Below are positions 1 to 16,263 of a stretch of 64,000 nucleotides of DNA, piece by piece. The notes beneath the pieces are model-generated. The model did no database searches. It was given only the letters and a program-made list of their open reading frames with translations, and had not been told where the DNA came from. The translations under genes were made by a program, and so were the position numbers. How positions within the stretch are numbered: the stretch's first letter is position 1; each line of letters opens with the position of its first letter. The DNA is from Anaeramoeba ignava BMAN (lineage: Eukaryota; Protista; Anaeramoebae), in contig JAPDFW010000084.1 in assembly GCA_028826165.1 (NCBI GenBank), forward strand, positions 186,001 through 250,000, in the 5' to 3' direction.

Positions 1-61
1 ATTTAATTTTTCATTTTTTTCAATTTTATTATTTTTTTTTCTTATTATTAAAATTTAAAAA

Positions 62-6023
<5,962 letters not shown>

Positions 6024-6175
6024 TAATTTTCTTTTATTTTTACTTTTATTTTTATATTTGTTTTTTTTTTGGATTGCTTTATTTAATTAAGAAATCAAAT
6101 TTTCGTCACAAAACAATTTTTAAAAAAAAAAAATCAAATAAAAAAAAAATGATAATGAAAAAGATTTAAAAAAAA

Positions 6176-7774
6176 CTATTTTCGATTTGGACTTTCTTTT
6201 CCTTTTATTTCCACTTTTCTTTTACCATTATTTTGAACTAAATCCACTTTTTGTTCTGTATTTTGTTCTGTATTTTGAATAATTGGATATTTTGGGAAAT
6301 TTTTTTCTAAAGAAAATGCATCTTTTCTTTTTTGACGTTTTTTTAAAAATGATTCATTTTGATTTTGATTTTGATTTTGAATTTGAATTTGAATTTGATT
6401 TTTTGAGGAATTAATTCGTTCAAAAAGTTCATCTATTTTTGTAAAATTTTGTTGATTTCGTGCAAAATTTCTATGATTTTCATTAATGAGATGATTATCA
6501 TAATTTTTGAATCTAGAATTACAATTTTCACAAAAACCATTTCCTTTAATTTTCTTTTTTTTTTTTCTAATTTTTTTTGTGTTATTTTTTAATGATTGAG
6601 TTGTCCAATTTTGATCACGAGGTTTAGAATTCTTTGAAAGAAATTGTTGAATATCAGGAAGTTTTTCATATTCTTGATAAAAAGGTTTACAAATATATCC
6701 TGTATCTAAAATGTATATAAAAGATTTTGGAATATCTCTAGAACTTTGATTTTGGTTTGAAACATTGCTATTATTATTATTATTTAAAGGATTTTCAAGT
6801 TCTGCTAATTTTCTGTTTAACCAATAATTAAGTTTATCAACAAAATAGGTTTTATATTTTAAAGGTTTGTTTTTTATTGGAGATTGAGAATCATTTTCAA
6901 TATTTGTAGATGAAAAATTTATGGAGTTATTTAAGGAATTATTGAAGGAATTATTGAAGGAATTATTGAAGGAATTATTGAAGGAATTATTGAAGGAATT
7001 ATTGAAGGAATTATTGAAGGAATTATTGAAGGAATTGATTTATATTTTTAATTTGAATTTGAATTTGATTTAGAAATTGATTTTGATTTTGATTTTGATT
7101 TTGATTTAGAAATTGATTTTGATTTTGATTTTGATTTTGATTTTGATTTAGAAATTGATTTTGATTTTGATTTTGATTTTGATTTAGAAATTGATTTTGA
7201 TTTTGATTTTGATTTTGATTTTGATTTTGATTTATATTCTGATTTCGATTTATATTTTGATTTTGATTTATAAATTGATTTTTATTTTTATTTTGATTTT
7301 GATTTTGGTTTTGGTTTTGATTTTGATTTTTGATTTCGATTTTGATTTTGATTTTGATTTTGATTTTGATTTTGATTTTGATTTTTGATTTTGATTTTGA
7401 TTTTGATTTTGATTTATATTCTGATTTTGATTTATATTTTGATTTTGATTTATAAATTGATTTTGATTTTGATTTTGATTTAGAAATTGATTTTCATTTT
7501 CATTTTGATTTTGATTTTTGGATAAATTTTGTCCTTGAAATTCTTCTTGATTTGATGATGTTTGAAAAATTTTATTTGGTGAATCGGCACTCTTAGTTGG
7601 AGTTGAAACACTAATATTTCGATTATTTTTATCTTTGATGTAAAATCTCACTTCTTGTGTTAAAGTTTGTGATACTTTTCCTCCAACTTTTATAATGTTT
7701 TTTTCTAATTGTGCTTTTAAAACTTCATCCTGAATATCAAGATAAAATACTTTTTGTTTTGGATGTCTTTTCAT
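6176..7774 (-). CDS. DBF4: DBF4/ASK-like regulatory subunit of Cdc7 kinase (DDK); reading frame disturbed in an internal QN microsatellite
   Basis: Motif N KVFYLDIQDEVLKAQLEKNIIKVGGKV; motif M PKSFIYILDTGYICKPFYQEYEKLPDI (~6655-6735); C-terminal zf-DBF GFCENCNSRFKNYDNHLINENHRNFA (~6460-6540). The 3' half is missing from the ORF track. Both halves are in the same frame, but the ~7035-7390 repeat contains slips and stops. Confidence 0.85.
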
Positions 7775-8135
7775 TAATTGATTTAATTTAAAAAATGAAA
7801 AAAATTTTTTTTTTTGAAGTATTTAAGTTTTTATGTGAAATTTTATTAAATCAAAAACGAAAAAATGAAAAAATGAAAAAAGGAAAAATGAAAAAAAAAT
7901 TTTTTTTAATAATTTCTTTTTAATCTTTTCTTTTTTTAAAAAGGAAAAGGAAAAGGAAAAGAAAAAGAAAACAAAAGAAAAAAGAAAAAATCATTTCATT
8001 TCAATCATTTTTATTATTGTTATTGTTATTCTCAAATTAATTTAAATTTGAATTAAAAATTTGAATTAAAAATTTGATTTAATTTCCCAAAAAAAAAATT
8101 CAATCAAAAAAAAATCAAAAAAAAAAGTGGATGTT

Positions 8136-9668
8136 TTAATTGCAAAGTTCTTTTAAAACATTTTCAATAATTTCAGCTCCTTCATCAACATGTTTTTTTT
8201 CTAAAATCAAAGGTGGTCTAAATCTAATACTTGTTGGTCCACTTCCAAGAAGAATTAATGATTTACTTTTGCATAACTCTGAAAATTTATCTCTTAAGGC
8301 AGAATTAGGTAAATCAAAAGCACAAAATAATCCTTTTCCTCTTGTATTACTTAAAAGAGTTGGATATTTCTTTTGTAATTCAAGTAATTTTTGAAGTAAA
8401 TATTTTCCAACTTTATCTGCATTTTCAACTAATTTATCTTCTTCAATAATTTCAAGAATTCTTGTTGCTCTAACCATATCAACAATATTACCTGCCCATG
8501 TTGAATCAATTCTTTCAAAATGTAAAAATACATGATCTTCAACTTCAAGGCATTTCTGAGTTGCCATTATTCCACAAACTTGAGTTTTTTTACCAAATGC
8601 AACAATATCAGGAACAATTCCATAATTTTGATATCCCCACATTTTACCAGTTAAACCTATTCCTGTTTGAACTTCATCAGAAATCATTAAGATTTCATTT
8701 TCTAATGTGATTTTTCTTAATTCTTGCATAAATTCAGGTCTGAAATGATTATCACCACCTGCTCCTTGAATTGGTTCTATTACCAAAGCAGCAATTTCAT
8801 CACTTGATTCTTTAATTGCATCTTTAATTTGTTTTAATTGCAATTTTTTCAGCTTCAATTACATTTTTTAAGTTTTCACCTTCAAGTGGAAATTTAACAA
8901 CAGGAGTTGAAATTCTTGGCCAATTAAATTGAGGAAAATATTTAGTTTTCCAAGGAGTTGTATTTGTTGTTGAACAATTATAACCAGATCTTCCATGAAA
9001 AGCTTTTTTAAAATGAATAACTTTTGAAGCTTCAATATTTTTTCCTTTTTCAATATTTTTCTTAGTTTTCCAATCAAAAGCAGTTTTCATAGCATTTTCA
9101 ACAGCAAGTGTCCCACCATCAATATAGAAGACTATTTTCAAAAACAAATCAGAATAATAAGAATAATTTAATAATTTAATAATTTAATAATTTAATAATT
9201 TAATAATTTAATAATAAGAATAATAATTTAATAATTTAATAATAAGAATAATTGAATAATAAAAATAATTGAATAATAAGAATAATCATTATTTTTTTGG
9301 ATTAAATGATTACCTTTTACAAATTCTTTTGGCATACAAACTCTTGCAAATGTTGCAACAAATTTAGCCATTTCTATTGTGTAAAACGAACAATTTGCAA
9401 CTTTTACTTGAGCAACTCTTGCTAAATCTTCTAAAACTTGTTTTTCTTTCATTTTTGGATGATTATATCCAATTGCCCATGATGCAAAAAATGAAAAGAA
9501 ATCAAGAAACTTTTTTTCTGTTTTTGAATCAAAGAAATAACAACCATCTGATCTTTCAAAATCAAAAACATAATCAAATCCTTGTAAAAGCATAAATTTT
9601 CCAATAACTTCATGAACAGTTTGAGGATTAATTTGTTCAACTTCTTCTTTTGTTAATCTTTTTGCCAT
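8136..9668 (-). CDS. lat: L-lysine epsilon(6)-aminotransferase-like class III PLP aminotransferase, copy 1 (1-nt frameshift at ~8835)
   Basis: Exons 9314-9668 and 8136-9131 (intron 9132-9313). Motifs GGTLAVENAMKTAFDWK, AFHGRSGY, EPIQGAGGDNHFRPEF, DEVQTG, FGKK, RIDSTWAGN. It has one extra base relative to copy 2 (GTTTTAATTGC vs GTTTTATTGC). Confidence 0.85.
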
Positions 9669-10094
9669 TATTATTGATAAATCAAAAAAAAATATAATAA
9701 TAATTATTAAAAAATAATGATTTGTTTAAAAAAAAATAATGAAGAAAAAAAAATATTTTGAGATTTTGAATTTCTTAAATATCCTTTTTTTTCTTTTTTT
9801 TTTTAATTTTTTTTTTAATGAGGAATTTTTCAATCTCCCCCAGTTATTTTAATTAATTTTAATTTTAATTTTAATTTATTATTAGATTTTCGATTTTTGT
9901 TTTCTTTTTAATTTTTATTGTTGTTTATTAATTGTTCATTTTATTTTTTCTGATCAGAACAGAAAAAAAAATTTTTTTTTTAAAAAGATATTTTACAAAC
10001 TCCCCAAAAAAGTTTTATTCTTTTTTAGAAAATAGTTTTTCTATTAAATTAAAAGATAATTTAATATTCAATTTTAATTTAAATTATTTTAATT

Positions 10095-10475
10095 GAATTA
10101 AATTTAATTTAATGTTGATCTTGAATTAATTTTAATTTAATTGATTTTATTTATTTGAATTAAATTATTTTAATTGATTTTAATCGAATTAAATGTTGAT
10201 CTTGAATTAATTTTAATTAAATTGATTTTTGGAAAATCTTTTTTTATTTATTCTATTTTAATAGATTTTAATCGAATTAAATTGAATTAAATGTTGATCT
10301 TGAATTAATTTTAATTTAAATTAATTTAAATTTTAATTAAAATTTATTAATTTAAATTTAATTTAATTTAAATTATTTTAATCGAATTAAATGTTGATCT
10401 TGAATTAATTTTAATTTAATTTAATTTAAATTTATTTTAATTGATTTTAATTGATTTTAATCGAATTAAATTGAA
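10095..10475. repeat. Degenerate minisatellite with core AATCGAATTAAATGTTGATCTTGAATTAATTTTAAT, ~4 copies
   Basis: Core seen near 10110, 10182, 10285 and 10380. Confidence 0.7.
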
Positions 10476-10980
10476 TTTCCAAAAGAAAACAAAAGAAAAG
10501 AAAAGAAAAAATTTATTTTTTTTGACATAAATCGAGACTCCCTCAAATCTTACAAAAAAGCAAAAAAACAAAAAACAAACAAAAAAATTTTTTTTTTGAT
10601 CAATCACTTTTTTATTCATTCAAAAAAAAATAAATTTTGTTTTCCAATCATTTTCATAAGAAAAAACAATTCAAAAAGTTAAATTTTTTTGGTTGAAAAG
10701 TAAATTAATTAACTTATGAAGATGATTAAAAAACAAATTTAATGAAATTGTAAATTGTATTTTTCTTTCTACAGTTGAAGATTAACAAAGAAAGAAGTGT
10801 GAATGAAAATCAGAAAAAAAAATACAAAATAGGAATAACTTGTTGTTGAATAATTTTTTATTAAAGGAATTCAAAAAAAAAAAGCTAAAAAAAAAGGTTT
10901 GAACAAAAATTCCTTTAAAAGGAGTTAAAATGAAAAAAAAAATTCAATCAAAAAAAAATCAAAAAAAAAAAGTGGATGTT

Positions 10981-12484
10981 TTAATTGCAAAGTTCTTTTA
11001 AAACATTTTCAATAATTTCAGCTCCTTCATCAACATGTTTGTTTTCTAAAATCAAAGGTGGTCTAAATCTAATACTTGTTGGTCCACTTCCAAGAAGAAT
11101 TAATGATTTACTTTTGCATAATTGTTTAAATTTATCTCTTAAAGCAGAATTAGGTAAATCAAAAGCACAAAATAATCCTTTTCCTCTTGTATTACTTAAA
11201 AGAGTTGGATATTTCTTTTGTAATTCAAGTAATTTTTGAAGTAAATATTTTCCAACTTTATCTGCATTTTCAACTAATTTATCTTCTTCAATAATTTCAA
11301 GAATTCTTGTTGCTCTAACCATATCAACAATATTACCTGCCCATGTTGAATCAATTCTTTCATGATGTAAAAACACATTATCTTCAACATCAAGACATCT
11401 GTCAGTTACTATTATTCCACAAACTTGTGCCTTTTTACCAAATGCAACAATATCAGGAACAATTCCATAATTTTGATATCCCCACATTTTACCAGTTAAA
11501 CCTATTCCTGTTTGAACTTCATCACAAACCATCATAATATCATTTTCTAATGTGATTTTTCTTAATTCTTGAATAAATTCAGGTCTGAAATGATTATCAC
11601 CACCTGCTCCTTGAATTGGTTCTATTAATAATGCAGCAATTTCATCACTTGATTCTTTAATTGCATCTTTAATTTGTTTTATTGCAATTTTTTCAGCTTC
11701 AATTACATTTTTTAAGTTTTCACCTTCAAGTGGGAATTTAACAACAGGAGTTGAAATTCTTGGCCAATTAAATTGAGGGAAATATTTAGTTTTCCAAGGA
11801 GTTGTATTTGTTGTTGAACAATTATAACCAGATCTTCCATGAAAAGCTTTTTTGAAATGAATAACTTTTGAAGCTTCAATATTTTTTCCATTTTCAATGT
11901 TTTTCTTAGTTTTCCAATCAAAAGCAGTTTTCATAGCATTTTCAACAGCAAGTGTTCCACCATCAATGAAGAAGACTATTTTCAAAAACAAATCAGAATA
12001 ATAAGAATAATAAGAATAATTTAATAATTTAATAATTTAATAATTTAATAATTTAATAATAAGAATAATTGAATAAGAATAATTGAATAATTAGAATAAT
12101 CATTATTTTTTTTTGGATTAAATGATTACCTTTTACAAATTCTTTTGGCATACAAACTCTTGCAAATGTTGCAACAAATTTAGCCATTTCTATTGTATAG
12201 ATTCCTGAATTTGCAACTTTTACTTGAGAAACTCTTGCTAAATCTTCTAGAACTTGTTTTTCTTTCATTTTTGGATGATTATATCCAATTGCCCATGATG
12301 CAAAAAATGAAAAGAAATCAAGAAACTTCTTTTCTGTTTTTGAATCAAAGAAATAACAACCATCTGATCTTTCAAAATCAAAAACATAATCAAATCCTTG
12401 TAAAAGCATAAATTTTCCAATAACTTCATGAACAGTTTGAGGATTAATTTGGTCAACTTCTTCTTTTGTTAATCTTTTTGTCAT
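10981..12484 (-). CDS. lat: L-lysine epsilon(6)-aminotransferase-like class III PLP aminotransferase, copy 2 (449 aa, intact)
   Basis: Exons 12130-12484 and 10981-11975 total 1350 nt in an open frame, with the same LAT-family motifs as copy 1. Confidence 0.9.
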
Positions 12485-13194
12485 TATTATTGATAAATCA
12501 AAAAAATATAATAATAATTATTAAAAAATAATGATTTGTTTAAAAAAAATAATGAAGAAAAAAAATATTATTTTGAGATTTTGAATTTCTTAAATATCCT
12601 TTTTTTCTTTTTTTTTTTAAATTTTTTTTTTATGAGGAATTTTTCAATCTCCCCCAGTTATTTTAATTAATTTTTAATTTTTAATTTTAATTATGATCCT
12701 TTTTTTTTATTTATTTTTATTATTAAATTAATATTAGATTTTGGGATTTTCCTTCTTAATTTAATAATTTAAATAATATTTATTTTTTTGTTGTTTATTA
12801 ATTGTTCATTTTATGATCAAAAAAAGAAAAGAACAGAAAAAAAAAAATTTTTTTTTTAAAAAGATATTTTACAAACTCCCCAAAAAAGTTTTATTCTTTT
12901 TTAAATAAGAAAATAGTATGAGTAATATTCTATTTTAATTTAAATTTTTAATTTTTAATTTAAATTATTTTTAAAAAAAAGAATTATTGTTCGAATTTAG
13001 TAAAATAAATTGATTTTTGAAACTCCCCAAAAAAAAATAAATTTAATTAAAAAAAAATTTCACAATTTAAACTTACAATAATTATCTATTTCTGTTTTTA
13101 TAATGATTTCTCTGATTAATGTTTATTAAATCTTCTTTGAAAAAAATAAATAAAATTTAAATTAATTTGGGGTAAAAAATAAATTGAAAGTTTG

Positions 13195-14900
13195 AAAAAT
13201 ATTCTTAAAGAATTTTGTTTTAATTTTGATTGTAAATTAAGAATTGATTTTAATTTTGAATTTCAATTTTAATTTAGTATTGGGAATTTGCTTATTAATT
13301 TAGATTTATTAATTTTTTTTTGGATTATTCAAAAATAAATAAACAAAATGATCTTAAAAAATAATTTATAAATTTTGCTTTTTAATTTTGATTTTAAATT
13401 AAGAATTGATTTTGAATTGAATTTCAATTTTAATTTAGTGTTGGGAATTTGTTTATTAATTTAGATTTATTAATTTTTTTTTGGATTATCTAAAAATAAA
13501 TAAACAAAATGATCTTAAAAAATATTCTTAAAGAATTTTGCTTTAATTTTGATTTTAAATTAAGAATTGATTTTAAATTTTAATTTAGTGTTGAGAATTT
13601 GTTTATTAATTGTAGATTTATTAATTTTTTTGGATTATCTAAAAATAAATAAACAAAATGATCTTAAAAAATAATTTATAAATTTTGCTTTTTAATTTTT
13701 ATTGTAAATTAAGAATTGATTTTGAATTTAAATTAAGAATTGATTTTAAATTTTAATTTAATGTTGGGAATTTGCTTATTGATTGTAGATTTATTAATTT
13801 TTTTGGATTATTCAAAAATAAATAAACAAAATGATCTTAAAAAATATTCTTAAAGAATTTTGCTTTTTAATTTTTATTTTAAATTAAGAATTGATTTTGA
13901 TTTGAATTTTAATTTAAATTTTAATTTAAATTTTAATTTAATGTTGGGAATTTGCTTATTAATTTAGATTTATTAATTTTTTTTTGAATTATTCAAAAAT
14001 AAATAAACAAAATGATCTTAAAGAATATTTTATAAATTTTGCTTTTTAATTTTTATTGTAAATTAAGAATTGATTTTGAATTTGAATTTCAATTTTAATT
14101 TAGTGTTGGGAATTTGTTTATTAATTTAGATTTATTAATTTTTTTTTGGATTATCTAAAAATAAATAAACAAAATGATCCTAAAAATAATTTATAAATTT
14201 TGCTTTTTAATTTTTATTGTAAATTAAGAATTGATTTTAAATTTTAATTTAGTGTTGGGAATTTATTTATTAATTGTAGATTTATTAATTTTTTTTTGAA
14301 TTATCTAAAAATAAATAAACAAAATGATCTTAAAAAATATTCTTAAAGAATTTTGCTACTTTAATTTTGATTTTAAATTAAGAATTGATTTTAAATTTTA
14401 ATTTAGTGTTGAGAATTTGTTTATTAATTGTAGATTTATTAATTTTTTTTGATTATCTAAAAATAAATAAACAAAATGATCCTAAAAAATATTCTTAAAG
14501 AATTTTGCTTTTTTAATTTTTATTTTAAATTAAGAATTGATTTTGATTTGATTTTGATTTAAATTTTAATTTAATTTGAGAATTTGATTTTATTTAATTT
14601 AGATTTATTAATTTTTGATTATCTAAATTTAAATTTGAAAAATGATTTAAAGAATAATTTATAAATTTTGCTTTTTAATTTTTATTTTAAATTAAGAATT
14701 TGATTTTGATTTTTGATTTTGATTTTAATTTAGTGTTGGGAATTTGATTTTGATTTTTGATTTTGATTTTAATTTAGTGTTGGGAATTTGATTTTGATTT
14801 TAATTTTGATTTTTATTAATTTTTGGATTATTTAAATTAAAATGATTTTGATTAAAAATTTTGATTTTTAAATTTTGCTTTTTAATTTTTATTGTAAAAT
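13195..14900. repeat. Tandem satellite, ~10-11 monomers of ~150-180 bp
   Basis: Anchor GGATTATCTAAAAATAAATAAACAAAATGATCTTAAAA (or a variant) recurs at ~13323, 13484, 13633, 13806, 13986, 14149, 14298, 14451, 14617 and 14826, with TTAAGAATTGATTTT and GTGTTGGGAATTTG blocks between. Confidence 0.9.
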
Positions 14901-16263
14901 TAAGATTTGATTTTGATTTTGATTTAGATTTTTGATTTTTGATTTTGATTTTGATTTTGATTTTGATTTTGATTTTGATTTTGATTTTGATTTTGATTTA
15001 GATTTTGATTTTGATTTTGATTTTGATTTTGATTTTGATTTTGATTTTGATTTTGATTTTGATTTTGATTTTGATTTTGATTTTGATTTTTAGATTTTGA
15101 TTTAGATTTTGATTTTGATTTTGATTTTGATTTTGATTTTGATTTTGATTTTTGATTTGATTTTGAGTTTAGATTTTGATTTTTGATTTTGATTTTGATT
15201 TTTGATTTTGATTTTGATTTTGATTTTGATTTTGATTTTGATTTTGATTTTGGATTTGATTTTGATTTTGATTTTGATTTTGATTTTGATTTTGATTTTG
15301 ATTTTGATTTTGATTTTGATTTGGATTTTGATTTTGATTTTGATTTTGATTTTGATTTTGATTTTGATTTTGATTTTGATTTTGATTTTGATTTTGATTT
15401 TGATTTTGATTTTTTTGATTTTGATTTTCATTTTTGATTTTCATTTGATTTTTGATTTTTATTTTGATTTTGATTTTGATTTTGATTTTGATTTTGATTT
15501 TGATTTTGATTTTGATTTTGATTTTGATTTTGATTTTGATTTTGATTTTGATTTTGATTTTGATTTTGATTTTGATTTTGATTTTGATTTTAGATTTTGA
15601 TTTTGATTTTGATTTTGATTTTTGATTTTGATTTTGATTTTTGATTTTGATTTTAGATTTTTGATTTTGATTTTGATTTTTGATTTTTGATTTTGATTTT
15701 GATTTTGATTTTTGATTTTGATTTTTGATTTTGATTTTTGATTTTTGATTTTTGATTTTTGATTTTGATTTTGATTTTGATTTTGATTTTGATTTTGATT
15801 TTGATTTTGATTTTGATTTTGATTTTGATTTGATTTTAGATTTTGATTTTGATTTTGATTTTGATTTTGATTTAGATTTTGATTTTGATTTTGATTTTAA
15901 TTTAGATTTTGATTTAGATTTTGATTTTGATTTTGATTTAGATTTAGATTTTGATTTTGATTTTGATTTTGATTTAGATTTTGATTTTGATTTTGATTTT
16001 GATTTTGATTTTGATTTTGATTTTGATTTTGATTTTGATTTTGATTTTGATTTTGATTTTGATTTTGATTTTGATTTTGATTTTGATTTTGATTTTCATT
16101 TTGATTTTGATTTTGATTTTGATTTTGATTTAGATTTTGATTTTGATTTAGATTTTGATTTAGATTTTGATTTTGATTTTGATTTTGATTTAGATTTAGA
16201 TTTTGATTTTGATTTTGATTTTGATTTTGATTTTGATTTTCATTTTCATATTGATTTTCATTT
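14900..16263. repeat. (GATTTT)n microsatellite, ~1.35 kb
   Basis: Near-pure hexamer array running up to the stop codon of the Ubl-BTB gene. Confidence 0.95.

Noticed and set aside
13195-14900. CRISPR-like array
   Set aside because: Sequences between the conserved anchors are homologous to each other rather than unique spacers, the period is too long, no cas genes are present, and the context is eukaryotic.
14900-16263. Telomeric repeat
   Set aside because: (GATTTT)n is internal, lacks a G-run, and is the same hexamer found in introns and coding tracts.
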